The notes beneath the pieces were generated by a model. That model had not been told where the DNA came from and did not search any database. It worked only from the letters and a program-made list of their open reading frames with translations. A stretch of DNA of 64,000 nucleotides from an uncultured Gemmatimonadales bacterium. GTDB lineage: Bacteria; Gemmatimonadota; Gemmatimonadetes; Gemmatimonadales; Gemmatimonadaceae. The DNA lies in contig CAVPQB010000006.1 of NCBI GenBank assembly GCA_963707505.1, forward strand, positions 756,581 to 820,580. The letters are read 5' to 3'. This document shows positions 50,881 through 63,796 of the stretch, piece after piece. Made by a program: the position numbers and the translations under genes. The first letter of the stretch is position 1. The number at the start of each line of letters is the position of its first letter.

Positions 50881-51711
50881 TTAATCCAGGCTTGGCCGGG
50901 AAGGCGCGTCTGTGAGTACGCGGCTCTGGCCCAGCGAAGATGCCGCGATGTTTTCCAGAAGCCGATCAAGCCGGTCGCGGTACCCGCGGCTCAACGGTAG
51001 GTTCTTTCCGTTTTTCAGAATCACGATGTATTCCCCGTAGCCGCACGCTTGCAGGCAACGAATGCGATCGACGTTAACGATCAGAGATCGATGAATTCGC
51101 AGGAAGTTATCGGGCGGGAGCCGCGTTTCGATCTCGCCTATGGTTTGCCGGAGCAGATGAACTTGATTGCCGAGGTGAAGATGAAGATAGTTGTGCTGCG
51201 CCTCGATCCAGTCGATCTCGTCGATACGAAGGAACTCAACTTTTCCCCTGGAGCGAACCACCAGACGCTGGGGCACAGACTGCGAGTCGTGAACCTTCTG
51301 GAGTTTCGTCGCCAAATGTTGGATGAGTGCTTCGTTGTCTCGATTTCGAGCCAGATGCAATTTAGCCCGCTCGACTGCTTTGCAGAAGCGCTCTTCATCA
51401 AACGGCTTCAACAGGTAATCCACGGCATCATGTTCAAAAGCCTGCACCGCATATCGGTCGTAGGCGGTTGTGAATATCACGGCTGGGAAGGTTTCTTTGG
51501 GCGCATTCTGCAGCACGCCGAACCCGTCGATTCCGGGCATCTGAACGTCCAGGAACAGAAGATCCGGATGAAAGGTTTGAAGGCATTCGACGGTTTCTGC
51601 GCCGTCCTTGCACTCGGCGAGAACCTGAATCCCGGACTCTTGCGCCATCGCTACGATCGCCTGCCTCGCGATCGGCTCATCTTCCGCGATCACCGCTCGT
51701 AAGTTGATCAT
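50881..51711 (-). CDS. LytTR family response regulator
   Basis: AEDEP, FLDVQMP, FTTAYD, DYLLKP, FLRIHRS. Confidence 0.95.
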   Translation of the reverse strand: MINLRAVIAEDEPIARQAIVAMAQESGIQVLAECKDGAETVECLQTFHPDLLFLDVQMPGIDGFGVLQNAPKETFPAVIFTTAYDRYAVQAFEHDAVDYLLKPFDEERFCKAVERAKLHLARNRDNEALIQHLATKLQKVHDSQSVPQRLVVRSRGKVEFLRIDEIDWIEAQHNYLHLHLGNQVHLLRQTIGEIETRLPPDNFLRIHRSLIVNVDRIRCLQACGYGEYIVILKNGKNLPLSRGYRDRLDRLLENIAASSLGQSRVLTDAPSRPSLD

Positions 51712-52880
51712 TCCATCTCCAGTGCCGACATTGCGACCGACGATTCCAAACGAGGCTCCGAACTCCTCGCTGTCTCTGACTCGAATGGAAGTTGAACTTC
51801 AACCTGAAAGCGACAGTCCGGGAATTGCCGGATCGCAAGGTTGCTCCTCGCACCGTAGAGAATGCGCAATCGAGTCCGGACGTTTTCGAGTCCGACACCC
51901 AAGCGGTCATACTCTGGAACCGGTCGCGAAGAAGTATTGTCGTTGACCACTGAGATGTTCAAATTGTTGATTTCCTTGCGAATGCGGATTTCGATTCTGC
52001 TCAGGCCCGAGTGCTGGGCGACCCCGAATTTAATGGCGTTCTCGACGATCGGCTGCAGAAGAAGGTATGGAACTGCGGCCTCAAGCAGATCGTTTGCAAC
52101 GTACATTTGCACCACCAGACGGTCCTGGAATCGCACCTTTTGAATTTCAAGATACATCTCAAGAAATTCAAGTTCGCGCATAAGCGACACTTTCGGAGTG
52201 TCTTCGGCAACCAGCGTCAGTCGAAGCAAGTCTCCCAACGAACAGATCATTTTCTCGGCCGCACGGGGATCCTTGCGGACCAGTGCAGCTACGGAATGCA
52301 GGGTGTTGAACAGAAAATGAGGTTGCAGTTGCATTTTCAGAACCTGAAGTTCGGCCCGGATCAGGTTCGTTTCCAATTCGGCCGCATGTTTCTCCTGCGC
52401 GCGCAGCGCGCTGTAGTACGCGACCACATACCCAATGACCGCGATGAGCAGATAAATCTGGATGTCAGCTTCCACTTCGGAGAAGAAATACTTCCGAAAC
52501 TGCCCGACAAAGGGATGTGACGAGGCTCCGGGGAAGACCAGTCCCCCCAAACGGGTCTTGATACAGACATCAACGCATACCGCTATGCCGATCGACAAAG
52601 CGTGAGCAGGCAACAGCCTGAGCCATCGCTTCCTGTCGAGCGACAACTTCGCGCAAAGAAACAGCACCATCGGCGTCAACAGAAACGCCCAAATGCCGTA
52701 GGCGACGAGGTTCATCCGAATCGCCTGGGTCCAGGAAATTGGACGGCTCCTGACGAAAAAAAAGTAGTAGTTGAACCACGTGCCCAGGACGGCAAATGTT
52801 AGCCACAGCCCTAGCAGCCCAATCCAAACTCGCAGCCAGTTTGGACTTCCGGCACCGCGAGGTTGCAAGTCATCGCTCAT
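51708..52880 (-). CDS. LytS/YehU-type sensor histidine kinase
   Basis: QLQPHFLFNTL, LLQPIVENAIK, GVGLENVRTRL; N-terminal TMs. Confidence 0.93.
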   Translation of the reverse strand: MSDDLQPRGAGSPNWLRVWIGLLGLWLTFAVLGTWFNYYFFFVRSRPISWTQAIRMNLVAYGIWAFLLTPMVLFLCAKLSLDRKRWLRLLPAHALSIGIAVCVDVCIKTRLGGLVFPGASSHPFVGQFRKYFFSEVEADIQIYLLIAVIGYVVAYYSALRAQEKHAAELETNLIRAELQVLKMQLQPHFLFNTLHSVAALVRKDPRAAEKMICSLGDLLRLTLVAEDTPKVSLMRELEFLEMYLEIQKVRFQDRLVVQMYVANDLLEAAVPYLLLQPIVENAIKFGVAQHSGLSRIEIRIRKEINNLNISVVNDNTSSRPVPEYDRLGVGLENVRTRLRILYGARSNLAIRQFPDCRFQVEVQLPFESETARSSEPRLESSVAMSALEME

Positions 52881-53268
52881 TAGCAACAGTGAGACGCTCC
52901 GGACGCGAAAAGGTAAGCCTCAAGAGGGACGGCGCATTCGGCGATTTCATTCCGCAACGACTGTTTCCGGCGTGGCGATCAGCGCCTCCAATAAGAAGCA
53001 TTTCCAAGCCCTGAAGCACGTAAAGAACTAAGAATCCCTTGCAATACGGGGGAACAGCCCACAGGGCACACCGAAGGTCACTATCCTTTTTTACCCAATC
53101 GAGTAAGATTTTTTGAGTTCCGTGCGTAGCGGCGGTGCAGCGTGAAAATGCCTTGTTCTCCCGGTAAATTGGCAGCCCGTACGAGAGTCGACATGTCTTC
53201 GGCTAGAGCGATATGGACTTCGCCGACCGGGCCTACGCAACCGTTGTGCGCCGGACAAATTGATAGCA

Positions 53269-55926
53269 ATGATTCCGTCGATATCCAAAACGCGGCTCGT
53301 TGAGCAGGTCAACATCTGTCTGCGTTCGGGCGACTACTCTCGCGCCCTGGATTTGTTGCGAGGCGCAGCCGCCGAATTCCCCAACGATGCGGAGCTGTCC
53401 GAACTGGAAAAGCGCGCCCAGGATGGCGTCAAGCGCAACGCCGAAGCCAACCGTCTTATCACCGAAAGCCAGGAACTGTTCGCGCAGCAGAAATCCGCCG
53501 AAGCGATTCAGCTGTTGCGCAAAGCCTACGAACTGGACAAACACAATTCTCTCGCCCGCGCCATTCTGGCCAATGCGCTGGTCGAGCACGCGCATTCCAG
53601 TTGTAGAAACCGATTGGCTGGAAGCCGAGACGCTGACCAATCAGGCGCTCGCCTTGAACCCTGCGCATCCCACGGCCAAAACGATCCACAGCCTGATCGT
53701 CGAACAGAAGAAAACGAGCTCTGTGGAGGATTGGGTTGCGCAAGCGCGCAAGCTGCAGTCCTCCGGCGATCTATTCGCAGCCTTGGCTTGGGTTGCAGAG
53801 GGATTGGCCGTTCATCCCGACGATCCCAAGTTGCTTCAGATTCACGATGCAATCCAGCGCGACCAGGGCGCGCGGCGGCGCCAGGCCCGCCGCGGCGACT
53901 TGGATGACCTGCGGCGCATGGAGCTCGAAATCGATGAGGCCGCCGACGCGGCTGCAAAACAGGCGTTAGCCGAGCGCATCCAAGCGGTGGCCGCCAAGCA
54001 TTGGACGGATGGAGAAATCTTGTCCATCGCCAATGGCCTTCTGCACCGCTTGGGATTGGTCCCGCAGGAGGGTTCAACGCGTCGCCGCACAGCAAAGGCG
54101 CGACCGTCATTTTTCACGTCCCGCGCCCCAACGCTCCAGAGCGCTCCGCGCGCCACGACCAGCCAGGTTCGCCAAGCTCCGCGTAGTGCCGCAGCTGGTT
54201 CTGCCGAGCCAGGTTCCGGGCAAGGTTCCGACCGAGCCGATTGCCACGCCGGAACGTCGCTGCGACCGGCACAGTTCCGCCGAGCAAAGTTCCGCCGAGC
54301 GCTGTGCCGCCGCGCAAGTCTCTGACCACTCCGCCAGAGCCGCAGCTCCCTCCGCCACCAAGCCGCCACCGTTCCCGCCGCCGAGCCTTCCGCACCGGCG
54401 GCCAAAGTCACATCTCCATCATCCCAGCCAAAACAGCCCACCAGGTCGCGACTCCACAACGCTGATCCTCGTCTCCGCCGCCGCGATCATCCTGGTCGCA
54501 GCGATCTTCTTCTTCGCGCGAAGACATCTCGCTCCGCCGGTAGCGAAGGCTCCCAGCTGTTTCCAGCCCACGGTCCCTGCGCCCGCGTTTCTGCTCCCAG
54601 CCGTTCCTGCCCCACGGCGTCTCCGCTCCCGCGGCGACCACGAACGAACAGACAACGTCCGAAGCCATCTCCGCCTGCCTCGCCGACTTTCTTCCGACAC
54701 CGCCGCCGGAAGAGTCACGCCTGCGATCAGCCGCCCGCCGAAGTCGCAGACCGAGTCACAACCTGGGCACGCTGCTTGTCGTTGCCGGTCAAGACGACGC
54801 AAAAGTTTTTCTCAACGGAAAACTTCAACCGCAACTCACTCACGCCGGCCAGTTGCGCCTGCCGAATCTCGAGCTCAAGGACTACGTTGTACAAGTCTCG
54901 AAGAGCGGCTTTCAGGATCCTCCGCAGCAAGAAGATCCGCATTCGCAAGGGCGAACAGGCCAAGCTTATCTTCAACCTCCAACCGCAGCCTCGCCTGGCC
55001 TCGCTGACCATTCAGGGCGGCGCTCCCGGAACCACGGTTCTCGTCGATCAAACTCTCGTCGGCACGATTCAGCCCGATGGCACGCTCTCCGTCTCCACCG
55101 TCAATCCCGGAGACCATACGGTCGAACTGCGCAAAGAGCGATTCAAGCCCCGGCAGTTCAAGAAACATTTCGTTGCGGGCGGAGCCATATCTCTCGCTGC
55201 TGCGGATGCCGCGCTGGAAGCCGCTCCCGGCGAATTGAAAATTACCTTCACGCCCGCCGACGCCAAAGTTGCAATCGTGAAAGGTGAGCTTCTGACAATC
55301 GTAAGCAGCGGTGTCCCGCTCAATCTTGCTCCCGGCACCTACACTCTTACCGCGCGAACCGCCGACAGGTTCACGCGCATCGTCCACGCTCGAAGTCATC
55401 GCCGGTCAATCCAAGACTTTGAATTTGTCTCTCGCCCCGAACGGTATGTCGAAGTGGGATGACCCAGCCGCCTGGAAGCATGAGGGAGATTCTTTCATTC
55501 GCAAAGGCGGCGACTTCGTCCTATACGGAGTCGTTCCTTCCTCGGGCACCTTTGTTTTTTCCGCGATGCCTACCAAGGGTCACCTCTTGCAATGGGTGCT
55601 CAACTACACCGACCCCAAGAACTACGTCCTCTTCCAAATGGACGACAATAACTTCTACCGCACTGTCATTCGCAACGGGGAGAAGACCAGACGAGATCAA
55701 AGTTCCCGATAAGAGCGACAAGAAAAGCTTTCGCACGCTCCACATCCGCGTTAGCCCCACGGAAGTCGTCCACCAGATCAAGCACGGTGACAGTTGGACT
55801 GTCCTCGATCGCTGGACGCAGCCCGGCACGAATCTCAGCCTGGGCAAGTTTGGCTTCTACATACCCGGCAACGACCAAGTAGCGCTCTCCAGCTTCGCCC
55901 ACTACGCTGACCTGAACATCCGCTAG
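53269..55926 (+). CDS. TPR-like/Pro-rich/TM/PEGA-repeat protein, frameshifted
   Basis: Helical N-terminus, TM segment, PEGA-like repeats (YVVQVSKSGF, PGDHTVELRK, PGTYTLTA) in successive frames. Confidence 0.7.
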
Positions 55927-56118
55927 AGGGCCCGGCCTTTCACTGATTGGCGAAAGCGCTCTATGATGGACCACTTCTGGTCAAGGGCGAGATCGAGCTC
56001 TTTGACCGACTCGATCTGCTAATCGAGGATGTGTAACCGCGGGATCGACCGATGTGCTAATGCCGTCTTACACGTGACAGGCTATGTTTTCAATATTTTC
56101 TAACAGGAGATAACCCTC

Positions 56119-57036
56119 ATGACGGGCACGATCAGACGTATGGGTGTAACGCTGCTCTCAATTTTCCTGAGTGTTTGCGCTGTAGCGGCAGCGTCCCCTT
56201 CAGCAGACAAAGAGATCGCTTCGCGCGACGCCCTGGTCGATGGCGTCAAGATTCACTATATGACGGCAGGTCATGGTCCGACTGTGATTCTTCTTCATGG
56301 CTACGCCGAGACCTCGAGGATGTGGCGCCCCATCATTCCTTTGCTGGCGGCGAAGTTTACGGTCATTGCGCCCGACCTCCCCGGGATCGGCGACTCCGAG
56401 ATCCCGAAAGATGGACTCAATATGAAAGGCGCTGCTGTTCGCATTCATGCGCTGGCTAAGTCGCTTGGGATCACGAAGGCGAGAGTGGTCGGCCACGATA
56501 TCGGGCTGATGGTCGCTTATGCCTACGCCGCACAGTATCCAGAGGAAACTGAGAAACTCGTTGTCATGGACGCATTCCTTCCCGGCGTAGCGGGATGGGA
56601 GCAGGTATACAACAATCCCGGGATCTGGCACTTCCGGTTCAACGGTCCCACGCCAGAAGCCTTGGTGAAGGGCGCGAGCGCACCTACTTCGAGCACTATT
56701 GGAATGACTTTGCCGCCGACAAATCGCACTCTATTCCTGAAGCCGATCGAGTGGCATATACGGCGATGTACGCTCGTCCCGGCCGCATGCGGGCAGGCTG
56801 GCAATATTTTGTGTCCTTCATTCAGGCTGCGAATGATTTTGAAGAACTCTCCAAAACCAAATTGACGATGCCAGTGCTCGCCATCGGCGGCGAGAAGGCC
56901 AATGGAGAGATCCTCGGACTGCAAATCAAGATCGTGGCCACCAATGCAACAGAAATCGTTCTGAAGAACACGGGCCATTGGGTGCTGGAAGAGAATCCTA
57001 AGAGAGACAACCGAGGCGCTGATGAACTTCTTGTGA
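56119..57036 (+). CDS. Alpha/beta hydrolase (epoxide hydrolase-like), frameshifted
   Basis: LLHGY, APDLPGIGDS, VGHDIG, TGHWVLEE. Confidence 0.87.
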
Positions 57037-57283
57037 GGAACTCAGCCCACGGAGACCGCACACGTCGACGTGCCTGGATTAAACCAAACAGGGCGATCGA
57101 TGCCCTGGGGTTCTGGAGTTCCCGCCGGGCCGGAAGGCTGGCTCGGCCCGGGACAGCCTGGCGCAGTTTTCAAAGCTTCATGCGAAAGTTTTCAGGCCGG
57201 CCCATCAATTCAGTGCGATGTCCTTGGGAAGTTGCGCTACGATGAGTTCTCGCTTGCGCGAGAACAAAGGACGGCACAATCAG

Positions 57284-58127
57284 ATGATTCGGAAAGCTGC
57301 GTTGCAAATCGCGGCCCTTGCGCTACTCGTCTTTATGGCTGTGAATGCGTACTCCGCTCTCAGCCATTTGAGGCTGATTCAGAGAAGCACCGCTCTCATT
57401 CTTCAGAGTCCTGCGACCCAAGCCAACATCGCAGGAGTTTCCCAGGACTCTGTCTGACATGGAAACTGGGCAGCGTGGATACCTCCTCACTGGCGATGAA
57501 TCGTATTTGCAGCCGTACACGGATGCGAAGAGCAGGATTGAATCTCGATTCGCGGGGCTACGATCCGTGCTGAGGGATCGTCCGGAGCAAGAGCGCTCAT
57601 TGGAGACGCAACTGGAAGCGCTGGCCTCCTCAAAAGAAGATGAGATGCAGCGAACCATCACCTTTCGGCGGAAGGGATACCGCCACCGTGCCTTTGTGCT
57701 GGTCAACACAAACGAAGGCAAGGGCTGACATGGATCGCGCGCGCGCGCTCATAAATTCGCTTGCCTCTTCAGAGAGTGAAAACCTGACTCCATTCCAGCA
57801 AGACAAGCTGTTGCCTCGCGTGAGGCGATTTCAAAGACCGTGATGGCCAGTGCGCTTTTGCTGGGGCTGACGGCTTTACGTCTATCCTGATCGCCTTCTA
57901 TGTGCGCAGTCTTGAGCGACGGACCGCCCAAAGCAACAGCACGCTGGCCGCTCGCGACTCTGAACTGGAAAATTGATTTCGGCCCTTTCCACTCGCGCGC
58001 CGGCCGAGATCAAAATCATCGAGGAAATGCCGCTTGTTACTCGGGAAATTGGGGGTTTCTGCCGAAGCAGGGCTATGAATACGCCGAACAAATCGAGGAG
58101 GCAGCAAGGGAACTCAGAGACGGTTGA
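57284..58127 (+). CDS. CHASE3-domain membrane protein, frameshifted
   Basis: METGQRGYLLTGDESYLQPY motif between hydrophobic segments. Confidence 0.75.
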
Positions 58128-58433
58128 GAAGAGAGCTGCTCGATGAGCTCCGCCTCGCGATCGATCGAAAGGCTGCGTGAGGCTGATGAGGCAGGTCCGA
58201 GGGCAAGATCCGTTTCGTACCGAATCTTGGAGTTACTTCTGATCCCGATTTCGCCCATTCGAGCCATTGCCGCAATGCCAGGGCTGGTCGTAGTCTGGTG
58301 ATGAGCAGTTTCTCGGGGGAGGACTGATCAACGAGCGCTCCATGACCATGAGTCTGGAGCGCTTTCGTTATTTGGAGTCTGTTTGAGCTGCCGGCCTGCG
58401 ATTGCGGCAGAACCGTCAGACGGCCTGATGGGC

Positions 58434-58695
58434 CTAGGAGGCCTGTTTGACGAGGTGCAATCGGGAGCGATGTTCTCATCCGCTCTTCCACTGACAGGAC
58501 CTTGTTCCCAGTTGAGCCAGTTGGTTCAGCTCTTGCTGAATCTGTTGCAGGCGTTCATGTCGCTGACCGTGGGCGAACCTGGGCGTCGGCCAGATTCCCG
58601 CCTCGCAATCGATATCGCTGGTTCAGTTCTCGAATCTGGGCGATTTCGATCCGGAGCCGGCTTATCTTGTCGCGGAGAACTTCGAGATGATCCAT
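58434..58695 (-). CDS. Small hypothetical coiled-coil protein, frameshifted
   Basis: MDHLEVLRDKISRLRIEIAQIRELN...; heptad-like; boundaries inferred. Confidence 0.4.
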
Positions 58696-58966
58696 GCCAT
58701 GAATAGACGCATCCGGGCGTCCCGAACCCTGCCCGAGCCAGTTTACCTCTCGTTCGTAGCGAGAAATGGCCGTCTCGATCATCAACTTTTCCGCATGAAC
58801 ATCGTGCAATCTCGGGCTATAATCCGCGGCACTCGGAAGTGTCGTATTCGGTTAACCCCGAAGATCAGCCACGAAAATCGAAAAAGGCACAGGCCAACAC
58901 GCGGAGAGAACCATTCAGGTGGTTTAGGCCCCTGTGTTCGCACCCTGTCGCCTTGTTCTGGAGGCA

Positions 58967-61900
58967 ATGTCGATGACGCGAATCCGCCAGCAGGCGAGCA
59001 GCACGCTATACGAGCCGTGGTACCAACTCCGGCGTTCGATTTGTGCAGGCAGCAAAGCGCGCGGTTGTTATGTCTCTGCAGCGATTCGTGCTGTTGGCGC
59101 TTCGTGGCGACGGCGCAATCCACGAGCCAGCTCGAATGGCAGCGTCACCGATCCGTCGGGAGCCAGCGTCGATGGCGCAAGGATCATGTTGACCGATACG
59201 GCGTACCGGCTTGCAGCGAACGACCACCAGCAACGCGTCGGGCCTGTATCAATTCCTGCGATGTGCCGCCCGAGTACATACGGGTGGAAGCCATCCGCGA
59301 GCGGCTTTGCACCTACTTGGCGCCCAAGGTGAACCTGGTGTCAAGACGCCCTCCACGCATGAACATCAAGTTTCGAGTGGCCGGCATGGCGACTATGGTG
59401 ACGGTCGAAGGCCAGGCCCCGCTCATCAATCGCACCGACGCCTCGCTGGGCAACACGATCGAGGAAACCCAGATTGCGCAATTCCCGATCGCCGATCCGC
59501 AACGTCGTCCAGTTGCTGAGCCTGCAGCCCGGTGTCGCATACCTCGGCAATCAACTCAATGGATACCGGACACCGAAGCGGCGCAGTCAATGGCATGCGC
59601 AGCGACCAATCCAACGTCACCCTCGACGGGATTGGCGTCAACGACGAGAACAGTGGCTACGCCTTTACGCAGCGTGTTGAATATGCCGCCCGGACTCGGT
59701 TGAGGAATCAGGGTCACCACCGCCAACTCGAACGCTGATTCTGGATACTCCAGCGGTGCGCAGGTTGCGTTGGTCACCAAGAGTGGCACCAACTCTTTCA
59801 CGGCTCGGCTTACGAGTACAACCGGAACACGATTTTCAGCGCCAACGATCCCTTCTTGAAAATTCGCAGTTCAGCAGCGGCGATCGAACAAGGCGCCGAA
59901 GCTGTTGCGCAACGTGTTCGGCGCCAGGGTCGGAGGACCGATCTTGAAGAACCGGATGTTCTTCTTCGCCAATTATGAAGGCCGCCGCGATGCTCAAGGT
60001 ACCAGCGTGCTGCGCACCGTACCCAGTGCGTCTTTGCGCGCCGGAAATCTCGTTTATCTCTGCGCGCGGAACGGACGGCAGCCTCGACACCGCGGATTGC
60101 CCGGGCGGAACAGTCAACGGAGTCAGCGGCGTGCAGCCGGGCTACTATGCGCTCGGACCGGATCAGATCAAAGCGATGGATCCGGAGGCAATTGGCGTCA
60201 ACCCAGCTGTCCTTAATATCCTGAACCAGTACCCTGGATCAAACGAGAGCGCTGGTGACGGTTCCAATACACTTGGCTACCGATTTTCTTCGAACGCGGA
60301 CTCCACTTACAACACTTACATTACGCGTTTGGATTTTCACATTACGTCCAACGGATCAGAAAGCCTGTTCGCGCGCGGAGAGACGCAAAACTTCAAGATT
60401 CCGGGTTTGCAGGAGTTCCCCGGACAGATCGCACAGTCGACCATCCTGGACGATAGCAAGGGCGTTACCGTCGGACTCACTTCAATTCTGACTCCCCGAT
60501 TGATCAACAATTTTCATTGGGGATTCGTCCGGCAAGGAGGTCAAACCGCGGGAGTGTCTCAAAATCCTGCTGTCCTGCTCGACGGCATAACCAGCATCGT
60601 GCCTTTTACGCGATCCACCATCGCCTTTGTACCCAACCACCAGTTCACGGACGACGTGAACTGGACACGAGAAAAACACACCTTTCAGTTTGGTACCGAC
60701 CTCTTTTTTATTCGGAACGATCACACCAGCTTCTCCAATTCCTTCTCCGACGTGCGAACTAACGCCGTCTATCTCAATACCGGAGGAATCGCCGGCACTT
60801 CCAGCCCTCTAGACCCGTTCAATAATGGCTACCCGGCGGTAGATGGTAGCTTCGGTCCGAACTATGACAGCGCGGCCACGATCGTCATGGGTATTTTTCC
60901 CGAGGGCGACGGGCACTACAACTTCGCGCGAGATGGGTCTGCGCTGGCGCAAGGTACTCCCATCAATCGCCGATACGCCATTAACAACTACGAGTTCTTT
61001 GGCCAGGATACGTGGCGTGTGACGCACCATTTAACGGTTACGTACGGACTTCGTTGGGTGCTCGAAGCTCCTCCTTACGAAACGAACGGGTACCAAGTCG
61101 CCCCTTGCATCGAGGCTGGTGGAGGAGGGTGCACTAAACAAAATGCCGCAGATTGGTTCAATGATACGGGCGCGCTGGCCGCTGCAGGTCAGCCGGCCAA
61201 CAATGCAGGAGAGCTTTCGTTCGTTCTCGGTGGTCCCAAGAATCATGGCCCGGGTCTTTGGAATTGGGACCGCAAAAACTTCTCGCCAAGAATTGCCGTG
61301 GCTTGGTCGCCAGACACCGGCGATGGGTGGGCTTCAAAGATTCTCGGAAAAAGGGACGAGTTCTCGGTTCGAGGCGGCTACAGCCTTATGTACGATCATT
61401 TCGGAATTCCGATCGTGAACAGTTTTGATCAGAATGGCTCCTTCGGACTTTCAACAATTCTCGGGAACCCCGCTGGCGTCGTGTCGCCTGCGAACGCGCC
61501 ACGCTTTACTTGCCTGACTCCCGGAACCGCCGGCGCGTCTTGCTTGCCTGCGCCGTGCGCGTCGATCAACGATCCGGGCTGCTTGTTCGGACCCGCGCCA
61601 GCTGGTGGTTTTCCATACACGCCGGGCAACACTACGTTCGCCATCAACTGGGGGTTGGATCAGAACATGAAGACGCCTTACTCGCATGTCTTCAATTTCT
61701 CTCTGTCTCGCCAGTTCAACTCCGCTCCTCGCTTCAGGTCGCTTATGTAGGCAGCGTAGCTCGACGTCTGCCCATGCAAGTCGATCTGGCCATGCCAACC
61801 AACCTGACCGATCCGGCTAGTAGCACGAAGTATTTCCAGGCTGCTACCTTGCTCTCGAAGGCCGCTGCCGCCGGAACGAACGTCAGCCAGATTCAGCCCA

Positions 61901-63002
61901 TACCGTTTTTCGAGAACGTCTTTCCGGGTTGGGCAGGCGCTGGAGTCAACGGCCAACTTGCCACCAATCAACTCAATTGTGCAACCGGCGCGGTCTCGAA
62001 TCCGACCGCGACTCAAAACATTTACCAAATGTGGAATTGCTTTCCGCACAACGAAACCTTCTCGCTGTTCGAGATGGATTTGCCGGCGTCCATCACCGGA
62101 TTGGAGTCCTGCACTGCCGAACAGCAAATTCGGTCCTTACACGTTTTTCCACGACCAGTTCAGTTCGCTCTACTCGTGGCGTAACATCGGCACATCCGAT
62201 TACAACGCCCTGCAGGTCACGTACAGCGTTCGGTTCTCGAACTTGACGGGACAATTCAACTATACGTTTTCGAAATCACTCGACGAAGCGTCGGCAGCGT
62301 GAACGAGTTGGGCCCTATGAAGGAACTGGGGGGACGGGGAACGATTTGAATGGTGGCGGGATTGTCATCAATTCTTGGGACCCTCTTTCTCTGCGCGGCC
62401 TTTCGGACTTCAACGCTTTCCATCAAATCAACGCGAATCTTGTTTACAAGCTGCCGTTTGGCAAAGGTCAGAGATTTCTGGGGAACGCTCATCCCCTGCT
62501 CAACGCTTTGGTTGGAGGTTGGAATGTGTCCGGCATATTCCGGTGGACCACCGGTTACCCGATCACCATCGATAACGGATTCACCTGGTCGACGAACTGG
62601 AATATCGAAGGCGACGCGATGCCGAATGGACCCGCTCCCAAGGCTTCCAACCCCAAGAATGCGATTGTGAACGGCGCGGGGATTGGACCGGACATCTTTG
62701 CCGATCCCTCCGCCGCAGAGGCGGCCTTCCGCCCAGAGTGGCCGGGAGAATCAGGCGTCCGCAACAACGTGATCGGCGATGGCATGTTCAACATTGACAC
62801 GGGTGTGAGTAAGGACTTCTCGCTTGGCGCCCAACGACGATTGGAGTTCAGCTGGCAATCGTTCAACGCGACCAATTCGGTGCGCTACGATGTCCGCGGA
62901 GCTCAGCCTACGCTGTCGGACGATCCGACGCAGTTCGGCAAGTATCTCGGTACATTGACCACCCCGCGCTTTATGCAGTTCGCTTTGCGCTTCGTGTTCT
63001 AA
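58967..63002 (+). CDS. Oar-like TonB-dependent receptor with carboxypeptidase-regulatory-like domain, frameshifted
   Basis: AVNGMRSDQSNVTLDG, RNVFG...GGPILKNRMFFF.NYEG, QDTWRV, NFSPR..AWSP, C-terminal PRFMQFALRFVF. Confidence 0.9.
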
Positions 63003-63030
63003 GACAGGGCAGACTCGTAGAAGGCTATTT

Positions 63031-63077
63031 TCAAGTCCCGGCGGCTCGCTACTTGGCGAACGCCGGGCTTGATTTTT
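63031..63077 (+). terminator. Probable intrinsic terminator
   Basis: TCAAGTCCCGGCG...CGCCGGGCTTGA imperfect stem plus T run between convergent genes. Confidence 0.6.
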
Positions 63078-63120
63078 CAGAGTCGATTGATTCAGAGATT
63101 GAAAGGTGTGCGGCCCGACG

Positions 63121-63702
63121 TTATTTCCCGAACGTTTCCAGAAACCAGTGCGTGAAGAAGGTAAACCCGAAAGCAAGGCTGGCCAGTCCTAGCGCTCCCC
63201 CAACCCATTGCGAGGTTCGATTCTTGCTCGTCAAATCCACTAGAGGATAAAGAAGGTTCGAAATTCCGCAAAGAACGAAGACCGGGATCAAAGCCAACGA
63301 CTTTGGATAGTACTCGCCCGATACGGCAAGTGTGTGTTGATTCATCCAGAAGAAGCCCGCCGCGACGACGAGTAGAAACACCCCGCTGCCGCGTACTTGA
63401 AGTGCCTTTTTCGCCTTTGCTTGTTCCAGCGTATCGGGCACGGGCGCGAGTTTGGTCGTCTGTCCGTCGACGGTCACGTCCCACTCGATCTGGCGTGAGG
63501 GGGACTGATACCAACGGATTTTCGCGGGCTTGCCAGGAACCACGTTGAAGTCGATGACCCTCTTCTGCACAAGAGGCCACTTGTTGTACACGGTGAGTCC
63601 GTCGACCTGGATCACGGTGCGCCCGGCAGGATTGCCCTGAACCCGGAGTTTCCGCAGGTTGCCGTTGACCGGGACGCTGGCTGTCAGGATCTTGCTAAAC
63701 AT
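63121..63702 (-). CDS. Hypothetical membrane protein
   Basis: 193-aa ORF, beta-rich N-terminus and three C-terminal TM segments. Confidence 0.65.
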   Translation of the reverse strand: MFSKILTASVPVNGNLRKLRVQGNPAGRTVIQVDGLTVYNKWPLVQKRVIDFNVVPGKPAKIRWYQSPSRQIEWDVTVDGQTTKLAPVPDTLEQAKAKKALQVRGSGVFLLVVAAGFFWMNQHTLAVSGEYYPKSLALIPVFVLCGISNLLYPLVDLTSKNRTSQWVGGALGLASLAFGFTFFTHWFLETFGK

Positions 63703-63796
63703 GACATCTAAGTTTCGCTGTTGGAGAGCAACTCCGGAAGGTACCGATGGGATTGCGACTGTTGGGATGGATGCAACCTCAATTCAAGTTCCGCAA

